From Octopus sinensis (Eukaryota): 64,000 nucleotides of DNA. The notes beneath the pieces were generated by a model, which was not told the DNA's origin, made no database searches, and was given only the letters and a program-made list of their open reading frames with translations. The stretch lies in contig NC_043010.1 of the NCBI RefSeq assembly GCF_006345805.1, forward strand, positions 36,146,001 to 36,210,000. Reading direction: 5' to 3'. Within the stretch, counting starts at the first letter, position 1. Each line of letters starts with the position of its first letter. A program made the translations under genes and the position numbers. This document shows positions 39,467-52,500 of this stretch, in pieces.

Positions 39467-42400
39467 TACATGCGCACACTTTTTAAAGGCTATGGCAAAT
39501 TCTGATGTCAACAGCTGTTGATATCGGAATTACTTTATTGATATCAGAGTTACTTTGCTAATATCCTGTTAGTATCTGTGTTACTAAAACAATGGATACT
39601 ACTTTTGGGCCTATTTGCATCTTTGTAACTATGACCACCATTCTGATCAGTGACTGTTGACATCCGTGGCATAGACAATAACGATGGCTAATCTTGGTTA
39701 CCATCGATCACTGTTATTGTGGCAACAGTTAATACCACTTCAGATTATAGATTCGTATGTTAGTCTAACAGTTATTTCAGTCCCACTTGCTCCTTTCTTA
39801 GTTAATTACTGGTGCTTTGAAGTTACCAGTTAGTCATTGTTATTGACCCAAGGTTTTTGTGTATTGCGCCTTAAGAATAAATGACTTTTTTTGTCTTGTT
39901 ATGATAACGACTCTTGATAATAAAAACAACTGTCGATTTGATAACATGTTTTGGTAGTATTGCAGTTGCTGCGAAAAGTTGTTATTTCAAGAATTAATTA
40001 GCGGGAAATTGGGTTAACGGAAACTGCACAGAAGCCCGTTAAGTGGACTGTATCTCTGATATTCGGAGGTTCTTTTATTATAATGTTGATTCTGTCTAAA
40101 AGATTGCGCTAATTGTACAACGACTGAGGGAATATTCAATTACTTATACTCTGATTTCAAGTGGGCAATTTCCTTGTTCGAATACTCACAGCGAAATCGC
40201 TGCCAGAGCCCGTCCCTTTTACCGTTTCTCATTGAAACAACTTAGTAAAATGATTAATTTTCTTGCCTATTAAGTGTATAAATGAGTCTGAAGTTAACAT
40301 TTTTACTCTGCAGTCTGTTAATGCAGTGTGTCTTTAAGCTAGGCTATAGTGGGGGATGAAGGCCCATCAGTGAGTTCGCGATGACTCATGACGAACCTGT
40401 GTAGCTGAAGTGTTTACACAATGTAAGATAAAAAAATGAGAGGGGAAAATACACTGGGCTACTTCTCATTGCTTTCTCCTGGCTCACTGAAAATCTTAAG
40501 TTCAGTATTGGCGAGAGTAAAATGTAGCTCTGACACTGCGTAGTACTTCCGAGATTGGACCACTGATATTTTGATTAGAGGTTGTTGGGGCCTGACCCAA
40601 TGGAAGTTCAATGCTTCCTTTCTAGTTCAAGTGACACATTGGATTTCAACAAAAACTTGAATTGAGATTTGAAAACTCCGGGGAAAACTAGAACTTGAGA
40701 TCTGGTAAAGTAATTTGCATTCCATACGGACTGTGATTCCACACCAAAACGCTGTTCCATTGGAACCTCGGCTGATGGACACCACTCCACCGACCGTACT
40801 AGTTGCATCTTTCTCCTGCCAACGAGGAATCATCTACTTGGCTGCTCGATCTACTAGACATAACAGCCAAATCATTTGAGTCATCGTGCCCGAAAAAAGA
40901 AAATCTCCCAAAACTGGATGCTAGGATGCAGTTTATTAAAGGCTTGCTCAGTGAGAGAGTTGACCGGCTTAACCTTTTCTCCAATGAGTTGGTTATGTTC
41001 ACTGAAAGCAAACGTAGCATTAGGCTGTTCGAGGTAATGGACTATTTATGCTTCTATACTTTGAACTCAAGTCGGCTTACTCCAAACGTTCGGCATCATC
41101 TGGGAATATCTATCATAATCTAGAGGTCGGCATACTTATCTCATAAGCTTTATGCAATGAATCCAACATTAAGATTTGCTCCTCAAAAACTCCCCTGGAC
41201 TTACTAGGTGTTTACAATAGCACTACTGAAACCAAATGCTTGCATGTTGTTCTTTCCTTAAAACCAGATAAGCAAATCTTTGTGATCAAAGACTTTCCAG
41301 TCGGGAATGGGGTTGGCCAAGCTTTGTGAGTGAAATTGGGTTGGCGGAATCGATGAAAGTCCGTCAGAGGAACCACTCTGCTTTTCCTTGAGTATTAAGC
41401 TTCATCTGTCTCTCGATTTAATATCGCCACGTAGCTTTTAGCGGGGTTCACTTGGTGTTGCAAGCATTCGGTCTGGATATTTTACCTGAGGATAATTACC
41501 TTCAACCAGTCTCAGAAGCCCTCAGAAAAGGCATTCCTTGGTGTTATTATTTCTCCTATGAAAGAAAAATGTAAATAAAAACAGAGAAAACAACAGCCAT
41601 CAGGAAAAAAACAACAACTTTTCCATGACCAATACCGCCAACAAAATAGTATTTGTAATAATAACTAGTGTTGAAATAAATAGTATTATATCAATAACAT
41701 CAGATCACCATACAGAATGGACACATTGTGTAATACAGTCCTTGATACACCGTGACTGACTGAATGCTTAGATGAGTCATTTGGTGGATCTGAGATTGCA
41801 TCAGTATAAGAATAGCAAGTACAATACCAGATAGTATTACTAATACAACGGCGTAGATGACAATCCAATGCTTTACAATAAAAGCCTCTATAACGACTAA
41901 AAATATAGAACGAGCTGAGCAACGAGTCGCTATGTAGTTGTTGTTGTTGTTGTTTTATCACCCATGATCAAAGATGTTCCACCTACGACTATCCTTCCTT
42001 TTTCGTTTATCCTGATTCAGCGTCCCCGCCTATCTTGTTTTTTAAGACGGTCGATGAAACCTGTGGGCGATGTAAAAAAGAAAGTACAGTGAAGTTCTGG
42101 GGTCGATATAATCGATTCTCAGCCCCGCACAAAAGTTTACGACTTTGTGCCAAACAGAATCGTTTGCGCATTGGACAAGTTGCTTAGCGGCATTTCTTTT
42201 GGTTCTTTACATTCTAAGTTTAAATTCCACCGGATCCTGCTTTGCTTTTTCATCCTTTCGGGGTCAGTAATAAAAGTACCTGTCGTGCCCTAGATCTGAT
42301 GTAATCGACCTCTCCTCCCCTCAAAATCGTTGGTCTGGTGCCAACTTTAGAAATATATTATTATTATTATTATCGCACCGCCGTTGACAGGGTCTCTAAA

Positions 42401-44133
42401 TTCACATGCGCCGTGTTCCTGGTAAATAACACACATTTATGCCCACAATAGCATTTCCTTGACTTTAGAACTTACAGAGGAAAAACTGGCATTTTATATT
42501 TTTAATGGAAAAGCTAGCAAGTGAAGTGGACCGACCTTGTACTATATACAGTAGTGCAGCCAACCTTCAAGTACACTTCGCCTACACTACTGTAGATATC
42601 GTGTAAGCAACCATCGATTGTTTCACTTTGTTATTATGTACAACAACTAAGACCAGTATTTTATAGAACATCACGGCTGACCACTTCTGTATCGTCATCG
42701 CGACAACAAAGCAATATATAAAAATAATTTAGTATTTTCGTCTCCTTGCAGTAAATTCACACTGAGTATTTAGTAACCCACCTCTCTTTAACACACGCAT
42801 GATATTGTCCATTACAGATAATACATCGTGCCTCGAAGTTTTGTGTTAAAATCCTGATAATAATCACTAAACGATAAATTTTAGAAAGTTTTAATTTTTA
42901 ACCCATAATGCGATGCGGGAACCTCTGTATAGTAACAAATCGTGTGTCCTCGATATTTTCAGGAGACGTCTAATCGTTTGGCATAAGCTGAGCAGGAAAC
43001 GCCGAGTTACGATGTATTATCAATAATGGACTATGTTATTCCACATGTATTACGTTTTCTAATTTTGCCCTTGTAAACAGCTATGACTTTGTATGTGTCT
43101 AGTTATGCTTATGGTACAAAAAGTACTCTACAGCCGTTTAGAGCCTACAACTTAATTAGAGCAAACTTAATTATATATTATATTGCTGTTTATCACACGC
43201 ACATATGTGTGTGTGTTTATGTTCCTTTTCTGTTAGAATTTCAGTTTTCATTCTTTGTCTATCCCTTCCTCTTTACAAATAATTATATACACAGGCACAT
43301 ATTAAATTATTTACTTACAAATACAGACTCTCTTTCACTTAGGGTGTGCTTGCTTCTACTTCTTTCCTACGCTATTTCTATCTAATTCAATACATCCAGC
43401 ACTGTTTATATTGTCGGTTTTAAACATATGGTACTTTGTTTTATAAAATTCTTGTTGAAGTTTTCCATATAAATTATGTTCAACACATTTAGTTTCAGTA
43501 CATATACGCACACATATTGAAAACAATACCGTTTTCTATTTTTCAACTTTTTTTTTTATTTGAGTATTTTCCATTTTGTTTTATTTTTGTTCTTTGGATT
43601 ACGGTAAATTTCCGAGTTCCGTCTATGTTTCAGGCTCTTGGTTTTATCTTCTGGATATTATTTTAGTGTGCTGTTTTGGTTAGAATCATGGGACAAGTTG
43701 TTGTAGTTCGTTTATTTATAGTTAAACTCTTTGCTTTTTTTCTCTTTTTTCTTTTACTGATGCCGGCTGGTTTCTTTCAACACCCAAGGAAAAGTTTTGA
43801 TGGTCGTAATGGTGTAAAGTTCGTTTCTAGAATGCCCTATGTTTATATTTCCGTTGTATTTTGACATTGATATAGCTGCCATGACCAGTCATTTAGTGTT
43901 CTGAGGATTGGATGTGAATAATCTATATAAGATGATTATCAGCTAATGTTTTTCTTTACACGCACACACGCATGTTCCCAGTTTTGAGCGAATCCCTCTT
44001 TCATTTTCTCCCGACAAAGGAGTGCTAACTCAAAATATCGAAATATAAAGTGTATATTGTTCTGTCTTCTATGTTCCTGTTTTCACTCTATTTTTCTAAA
44101 ACTGATTTGCCTTTGAGAATTTTTAAACTTATA

Positions 44134-44923
44134 CACATCACCGATTTCCGGTAATTTATGGTCCAACACCTTTAATTCAGATAAATAACGCAGGCAAAGT
44201 TGAAATTTTTTCGTTGCTTGTCTTGTTCTCTGCGTGATCACAGGTGGCGTTGTGTATACCATGTGTTTACATACATTATTTATGCTGCATTTGTTAGTGA
44301 TTGTACAAAAATTTTGAGAGATCCTCTATTTAGCTTAAAGTTAGTCTTATAGCTATGGCTACTACAGGCAAGAGAAATGAGAGTAGTGGTAGTGTCAAAA
44401 CTAAAGCGCCAATCTATGACAGATAAAGTAGAACTCTTGAAATGAATAGACCTTGGTACTTTGTTACGTACATTTTGTGATATCTGTGCCATTGGTTCAT
44501 CTACTGTTTATATTAAGAAGCCAAGGGACAAAATATTGAAGTTTTATGCAAATATTTATTCGAAAAAGTAAATGACTAAAAGAAAACCTATAGAAGATGG
44601 TAAGAGTACTGATCATAGTTGAGTAATGATGGAATGGTTTCGACAGAGTCGAAGTGATGTAGTGGACTTATTCAGGTGACAAAATAATGGAACAGGTTAA
44701 GTTGATTTATAAAGAACTCAAATTCGGACAAGAGTGTGTTTATGGTGAAGGATGGCTTCAAAGTGTGATGAGAAAAGGGATCTGCAAATCACTCATGGAA
44801 GGTGTATAATTAAGAGGTTAGGAGTGTGTTAAAGGATTATTATTTCGTAACCGTAGATGGTCCGGCAAAACAGACAATCCGTCAAGGTTTTGGAACCAAG
44901 GAAACCGGAAAATCGGTGGTGTG
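44134..44923 (+). mobile_element. Internally deleted pogo/Tigger-type DNA transposon
   Basis: TIRs CACATCACCGATTTCCGG (44134-44151) and CCGGAAAATCGGTGGTGTG (44905-44923); TA on the left; transposase N-terminus inside. Confidence 0.78.
44355..44780 (+). pseudogene. Decayed pogo/Tigger (CENP-B/Jerky-like HTH) transposase N-terminus
   Basis: Frameshifted translation gives DKVELLK.IDLG...IGSSTVY.IKK...MEWFRQSRS...SGDKIMEQVK...GEGWLQ, matching the CENP-B-type HTH pattern; DDE domain absent. Confidence 0.78.
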
Positions 44924-45998
44924 TGTGTGTGTGTGTGTGAAGTAGGTATATATTCCGTTTTTGTATTTGGTTTGCGTAATTCTTGATGGGAACTGTGTTG
45001 AAACATTTTATTGTATATCGGAACGATCACTATTCTTTTATGAACACACGCACTGGTTCGATTTCACTTGTTTTCTTATTAGTTAATTCGTTGACATTTA
45101 ACCAATCAATCAGCTAGCCCTTTCGTCGCCATTCGCGACCTCATCAATGAGACGCTCTCTCTACAAGTCTGTTTCCGGTGTGTGTGTGTGTATGTGTGTG
45201 TGTCAGTTATGTTAATTATCTGGTTTCATGCTGTGTAATGTGTTTGTGTTTTTACACTGGCTCTTTAATGTAAATGCATGGTTAGACGGTGGGAGAGTCT
45301 AGTGCTTGTATGACTAGATGAGACTATCTTGAATTTTATAAATTGAATGTTTGCTTTATGAGTTTGTAAAATTACATTAGTCATTTAAAGTTTATTCAGT
45401 GGATTGTATGTTGAAGGGATTTTGAAATTTCCGTGTTTTAGTAATGAATTATAAACGCTAGTTTATGATTGGCTGTTATTCACGCTGTTTGTTTTACGAG
45501 TCTTTTCTGATGTGTTCTACTGTTTGTAATCTGTGTGCATTTGCAATACACTTTATTTGGTTGGCTCTTGTATTTATTGAATTTCTGTCGCCGTATTGTT
45601 CTATAGTTTGAGCAACTTAATTATTTGAATATCCTTTTGCGACTTAAGTTTGTTTTATTATATAGCTTTGTTTTTGTACTGTTTCTTTTGTTCTCTATGC
45701 ATGCATGCCCTGGTCGGGCAGAGCTACGACCAAAAAGCATTCCATCTGACTGCTCAGTCTTTTACTAAGACACAATGTATCCACAACATAAGGGAAATTT
45801 AGTTGCTACTTTTAGTAAGCCAAGCGACCACCTATACGCTCTTTCGTTGGTTCATGCACATGCGCATGTTTGTTTGTTTGTGCGTGTGTGTCTATATGCG
45901 CGCGCGCGCACACACACACACAACGTGCTATTGGGTGCTGTGGATTTCGAATTAGAATTCTGTTTGGCACAGTTAATTTCCTCAGGTCATCGACATTT

Positions 45999-46146
45999 CA
46001 GGGTCTTCTTGACCTTATCATCTAAGTGAAAGAGCTAGTAATATGGTTTATTCTTATTTTAAACCCGTTTGGCAGGGTCTTCTTGACCTTATCATCTAAG
46101 TGAAAGAGCTAGTAATATGGTTTATTCTTATTTTAAACCCGTTTGG
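45999..46146. repeat. Perfect 74-bp tandem duplication
   Basis: 45999-46072 is identical to 46073-46146. Confidence 0.95.
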
Positions 46147-46344
46147 TCAATCAAATTAAAACCAGTGCTTATTCTAAATCTGATGCTTGTTCTATCGGTC
46201 CCTTTTTTGCCGAAGTACTGAATTACAAGGATGTACAGAAGCCAGTACCGGTTGTCCAGCAATTCGCAAGACACAAAGATACACATATGCGCGTCCATAC
46301 ATCTGCGTCAGTGTGTGTGTGTGAGTGTGTGTGGGTGGGTGTAT

Positions 46345-46690
46345 TCTTGTTTCAGTCATTTGTCTGTGGCTATGCTGGAGCTCGGCCTTAAACCCTAAAA
46401 AAAGGTTTTAGTCGAAGGAATCAACCTCAGAACTTATTCTTTGTCAGCCTAGTACTTATTTTATCGGTCTCTTTCGCCGAACCGTTAAGCTACGGAGGCA
46501 TAAACACACCAGCCTCGGTTGTCAAGCGATGGCGAGGTCGGGGAGTGGTTCCGTAGTATAAAAGTTTATCAAATTCATTTTCATAGCTTTGGTCGACTTG
46601 GTGCTGTACTAGAACATACCCACTGCTGCTCAGTGGGACTGAACTTGAAATCAGTTAGTTGCAAAGCGAACTTCTTATCCACACAGCCGT
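46345..46690 (-). mobile_element. Family B SINE fragments (tail 46345-46530, head about 46545-46690)
   Basis: Tail and head motifs recognisable on the minus strand. Confidence 0.72.
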
Positions 46691-47038
46691 ATGTATATGT
46701 AATGTATGTATGTGTATGTATGTATTGTGAAATCAAATGACTAGTGAACAAGAAATTATGCAATGGACTTCACTATATAATAAAATTCATTACGCAATTC
46801 CTTGTTCAAAACTTTACTCTGGAGCATATGTAAGGCCTAAGCGAAATACTGGTTTCAAATGTTGGTGCAAGACCGGCAATTTCGAGGTGGGTGGAGGGGG
46901 TTAAGTCGATTACATCGACCTCAGAGTTCAACTGGTACTTATTTTATCGGCTTTGAAAGGGATGAAAAAAATAGTCAAACCCCCCAAGTTAAACCGGAAA
47001 AAATACCTACACACACACACACCACACACACACACACA

Positions 47039-47884
47039 CAGAAGGTGCGGTTAATATATTGTCATCTAAATTAGGCAAAAATTAAAATAACGCTGACGTC
47101 TCATTTTAACAGATATATTTACCAAAATTTCATAAAAATACCTTGAAATACTAAAGAGTAAATTTATTCAATAAAATCGCCATTGTCTTCATCCACGACC
47201 TCCAAACGACTTCGGAATCTCCTGCAACACTCTGGACAGTCTCCTTGTTTAAGTTGGTGAATGCTGCCATAATTCTTGCCTTCAGTTCATCTTTGGTGTT
47301 ATAAGGAGTTTTGTTGTTCTCTCGCTTAACTGCGCCCCACACAATAATCAAAAGGGTTGCAGTTTGGGGAGTTAGGTGGCCAGATGTTAGAGGCAATGTG
47401 GTCGCAGAAATTGTCTGAAAGCCATGACTGGATTCTCCTACATGTGTGGCATGGTGCAGAGTCCTGTTGCAAGGCATAGGGTTTTCCACCAACCACCCTC
47501 TTGACCTAGGGCAGCACTACTTCCTCCAGGCACTTGATGTAGGCTTCCATGTTGAATCTGAGGCCGCGTGGGAAGATGAATGGAAGTATAACATCGCCAT
47601 TAATAGTTGATTGGTTATTTGATTTTTGTCACTCTCGGTACATGTTTTGGGGACACGGCAAGCTTACGGTTGTTCTGTGTTCACCATCTGTTCGTATTGA
47701 AGCTTCCGATGCGAATGCCAAGCAGCACAGCATGTCGTTTCCAAATTTCTGGCAGAGTGAATTGCGTCAGGGTGCTGTTTTCTCACAGACGGTGCCCAAC
47801 AGACCCTACTATACTGTGTAGTCGACAAAATCAAAAACAAACAATGCACATACAATGGTGACAATTTACCCATCACACCATGTG
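47039..47884 (-). mobile_element. Internally deleted maT (DD37D) Tc1/mariner element
   Basis: Degenerate ~28-bp TIRs (..GGTG.G.T...TA.ATTGTCA.C) flank a transposase C-terminal remnant. Confidence 0.78.
47164..47600 (-). pseudogene. DD37D transposase C-terminal fragment
   Basis: QQDSAPCHT...WPPNSPNCNPFDY has 37 residues between the two Asp; it continues after frameshifts as VWGAVKRE...RFRSRLEVVDEDNGDFIE*. Confidence 0.88.
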
Positions 47885-48582
47885 TGTGTGTGTGTATGCG
47901 CGCCCCCACAGTCTGTGTTTGTCTACACCGGTCTAAAAGCCGTTTTGGTTTCTATTGTGTCCTGTTTGTCTCGTAACCTAGAATTTGGACAAACAACGAT
48001 TAAATAACTACTGAGGTTTGTATGATCGATTAAACCACTGAAATTGGTATTCCATCATAATACAATATCTGAAATCAGTATAATAGAAATAGTTGAAACA
48101 AGAGGATAAGTGACATGTTTAAAAGAACGTCTTTACCACTGTACACAAGTGTTTATATATATAATGTACTATTACCTGTTGGACTATTGGTGGGATCAAC
48201 GCAAAAAAAAAAAAAAATGTACTGGATCCGCCAGTGAGATATAAATGTAATTTAACACACACAGTTGTCCGGCCATCGTATTTTCAGAGGTATGAAACTA
48301 ATGGTAGTTCAAATTTAAACCCTTTGTGTATTAAATCTCTCATTCTCTGTATCTGTCTGTCTGTCTCACACACATACATTGCGTGTTGGTATGGATAATA
48401 ATACATTGATGGCGAAGCAAACATTTTCATTTTCATCTTGGATTTGTATGTGTATATAAAAGAAAGAAAAGTCAGACAATCCTGTGTTACATATTCATTA
48501 AAGTTTTAAGCTAATACCCTATTTATTAAACTGTTCCTCGTTACCTTTACTTCAGATTGTATTTATAGTGTGTGTGTGTGTA

Positions 48583-48613
<31 letters not shown>

Positions 48614-48647
48614 CTGTCCGGCACTAGTCGCCATGATAAATCGTTAG

Positions 48648-48781
48648 CCACCACACATTTTTTTCTCTCCTTGTTTTGTCTGTGTACCTTTCTATAGAGG
48701 AGCGTAGGCTCGAAATGTAAATGACTTTTTCTATTCCTGAGCGTTATACTAATACATCTGTTTGTTTTTTTCGTAAACTTT

Positions 48782-48784
<3 letters not shown>
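48648..48784 (+). mobile_element. Penelope-like/retrozyme 3' remnant, family 2 copy 2 (more decayed)
   Basis: Homologous to 15742-15911 with a ~35-bp internal deletion; GAGC-GTAG-GCTC-GAAA retained; ends at (TA)n. Confidence 0.6.
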
Positions 48785-48822
<38 letters not shown>

Positions 48823-48825
<3 letters not shown>

Positions 48826-49197
48826 TAGCAGTATCGCCCGGCGTTGCTCAGGTTTGTAAGGGAAATAACTATAAAGCATTTTTAGAGAGTTATAGCAAAA
48901 AAATGGAAAAAAATGATGGTAAATTTTTTTTTGAGAGTAATAAAAGGTTGAGTTGCGTCCCCTAGACAGTCTGTGGTTTGTTTTTTTTTATTCTCGACCC
49001 CATGTCGAATTTATCGATTTTTTCAGAACTGGGGGAACTTTTCAAAATTTTCGCTGCGTTAGTTTTGAATTATGACATTGGGCTATGTGTGTGTCAAGTT
49101 TCATCAGAATCGGTTGAAAGCCGTGGTCAGGGTGAGGGTACGAGAAAACAGACACACAGAAACACGCACAGACAAACTGCCGTTTATATAGAGAGAT
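48823..49197 (+). mobile_element. Non-autonomous Helitron-type (Lep1-like) element, copy 2
   Basis: Near-identical to 6937-7315; sits within (TA)n. Confidence 0.68.
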
Positions 49198-49207
49198 ATA
49201 TATATAG

Positions 49208-49570
49208 GCGCAAGCGTGACTGTGTGGTAAGAAGCTTCGTTCCGAACCATATAGTTCTGATTTCAGTCCCACTGCGTGGCACTATAGCATCGAACCGACC
49301 AAAGCCTTTGTGAGTGGATTTGGTAGACGGAAACTGAAAGAAGCGCGCTAACGACGCGAGAAGGAGAGGCTAGTGAATAAATGAAAAGACCTAATGTCTA
49401 TGTATATATTTGTGTGTCTGTGTTTGTCATCGCTTGGCAACCGATGTTGGTGTGTTTACGTCCTCGTAATCTAGCGGTTCGGCAAAAAGACACCGGTAGA
49501 ATAAGTAATAGGCATACAAAGAATAATTTCTGGGATAGAATGAATGAAACAAGTTAAATGAATGAAACTA
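49208..49570 (+). mobile_element. Family B SINE carrying a foreign ~60-bp insert
   Basis: Head and tail recognisable; 49343-49403 is homologous to 50422-50493. Confidence 0.82.
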
Positions 49571-52500
49571 GTAAAAGAATAAGAGAATTTATGTATATAG
49601 CAGGTGAAAGTTATCTAGCGCATTTCTTCTTGTCAGGTTGGCGCTTTAAATCTCTGCCATCTCGTTGCATTGTTTGACCCTCACCTCGTCCTTGTAGCTG
49701 TTCTCTCTGGTCACCATTTGTGTGTCTCTCTCTTTAAAACCACCTCTCACTTTTCCTTTTCAATGTTACATCCTCCTTCCCAACTTTTTCCCGTCTTCTC
49801 CGCTCCCTTTATTCTCACCAATACATCTCTTTCGCTCTTTTATTTTTCTTTTGACATAAGACTCCTACCCCCGAAATGTTTACTCTCTCTCTCTCATCTC
49901 GTACTCCTGCACAACACGTCTCCGCTTCTTCAGTTTTAGCTTATCATCAATCCTGGTGACAACATCCTACCTCCCACATTCTATCTTCATTCCCGCCCGT
50001 CTTGTTTTTTTTTCCTTTCCATTCTTCCAATATTCATCCATCCTATTTTAGTTTTCTTTTCCTTCAAACACACACCCGTACAATCTCTCCTTCCCACCCT
50101 CTCTGTATGTCTTACTCCGTTACCCTGTCTCTTTCTTACCTTACTTTTCACTATTCTTTCCTCTCCTCAAACCTTACAATACATGCTTAATAATAATAAT
50201 AAAGCATGAACCTCTGTCCATTCTGCTCTTTACTTTTTTTTGTCTCCCTCACACCTCTTCCCTCCTTTTCTTCTCTTTTTAAGTCACTAAACATTGCCTC
50301 ACGCCTTAGCTTAATCATTTACAACGGTTTTGAGTCGAACTTGGTGCGCAAACTCCTTTTATAAGAAGCTTGCTTTCTTATACTGTGGCAATATACATAA
50401 AGCTATTGCATAAGATTGTATGCGCGCTAACGACGCACACGCGCGCGAGACATGAGGCTAGAGAATGAATGAAAAGTGACCTAATCTCTATGTTAATGAT
50501 TAAGTAAAATAGATAGAATGGAAAGTATTTAAATATATATATATATATATATATATATTTTGTCATTAATTTGTATATTAGGAATATTTGCCCATTCATT
50601 CGTGTCTGTGGTATCACTTGAATTGTCGCAGTTAAAGTAATTTATATCTTTGTTTGAAGCTGATGATTCACTCTGTTGATAATCAGAGTTTCCTGCAGCG
50701 TGCGAACATTTAAGTGACAGACGTCAGAGCGCGCTACACACCCACCTACCCATACATAAATATATATATATATATGACACACCCATATATATGTATATAT
50801 ACACACACACACACATATGTATCCATCCCACTCGGATTCTAACACGCATTTGTTACCTACTCTGCGTTTCTTGTATATATTCGGATCGCTCGATAATTTT
50901 CTTTTCACTCTCTCTCTCTTTCTCTCTGTCTCTCTCTTTCTGTCTGTCTGTCTGTCTCTCTCTCTGAACGAAGTAGTATTTCCTGCTGCAGGCAGAATGT
51001 CGAAGCCTAACTGACGTCATGCTTTATAATCATATAATATAGTTGACATAATAATAGTAATATTATTAATAGTCTTGAGGGAAGAACAACAATAACACAA
51101 AGAATATAATAATAATAATAATAACAATAACAGCACAAAAATGCAAGCCCCCCCCCCCTTATTTAGTTATTGATTAGATGAGATCGAAGTACAGAGTGAG
51201 ACAGAAAGCAATATGTTAAAATAGGCATGGCTATATGTGTGCGTGCGTTATATAATGACTCCGTCCCTAGGCTGTAGATAAGTTAATCGTTAAACATAGG
51301 TCAAAATGCCTTAGATTTACTTCCGTTACTGAACGTTTTGAGCTCAAATTCCGCAGAGGTCACATTTGTCCCCCATCCTTCAAGAATCAAATAAATAAAG
51401 TATCGGTCGATTTTTTTGATCGTTTAAATACCGGAGGCGTCTTTCAGACTTTTTTTCAAGAATGAGACCGGTTGAGAATTTCGGACGAATTTTCTTGGTG
51501 CTTGCTTTCGCTTCAAGGACAGTGGGAAAGCATATAAACCACAACAGCCCAAATATGTCCCTGAGGAGCAGCAGGTCCTTATGTTTATTAGATTTGATTG
51601 AAAGACATAGTGAGGAAACTCATGCTACACATAATTAAGGAATTATATGACGCGTCTGTTATCGTACCTGACAGAATTGCAATATCTGTCTGTCCCTGAT
51701 GTATCTGTCTACTCGTCCAACCATTTATCTGACTGTTGTATACAAAGGCACACATGACATATAGGACAAGATAGATCTGTGTGTGAGGAGAAATTTAAAA
51801 AATACACTTCCTTTACGAAGTAGCTCATAATGCGTTAGGCAAAGCGCCTCTGCCTCAAGACTCACCCCCCAGAAGAAAAAAAAACAACATACCTTGCTTA
51901 ACGTGGATGGGGAATTCGTTTGCAGAAAGCATCTCGTATATACGTATAGTGCTAAAAAGCCCAGAAGTATATCAGTAAAAGCGTTGAGCAGCGGCGGTGG
52001 AATTGCCAGATCCGAAATTTCTGCATATTTGGGTATCATTAATAGCAAGTGTCCACTTAGCAAATGCATGCTTACGCAAAAACCCTTGGTTGGGAAATGG
52101 CGGATATCCACTCACGAACAACGGCGTCCTTAGTATTTCGAACGAACGTGATAATACTCACCAAAGCGACTATCTGACTTCCCACCATCCAAATTAGACG
52201 CTTTAATTTTACATATAAGAAAGGACATTTTATATTTAGGCAGTCATTTAGAAGCATTGAGAAATGTGAAAATCAATCTCTTTTACGAAGTATTTCGAAT
52301 GAGAATGCAGTAATAAAAGCTCATAATATATTGCGTAAAAAAAAAAAAAGGAAAAAAATTCAGGATTTTTATTTTCTTTTAGTCTGCGGGTTAGGGACAG
52401 TGTCCATGATATTTTAAGGGTTTCCGGGAAGGAGGAGAGAAGATACTTTGAAATCGGAAACTTGATTCCAATGCTTGCAACAGAATGGATTCTGCTAAAG

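Noticed and set aside
40803-41123. 106-aa ORF and overlapping antisense ORFs as a gene or DIRS fragment
   Set aside because: No recognisable domain; neighbouring frames are full of stops.
45935-45986. Minus-strand CTGAGGA...GAAAT hammerhead-like spacing
   Set aside because: No NUH triplet or stem I/III pairing after GAAA.
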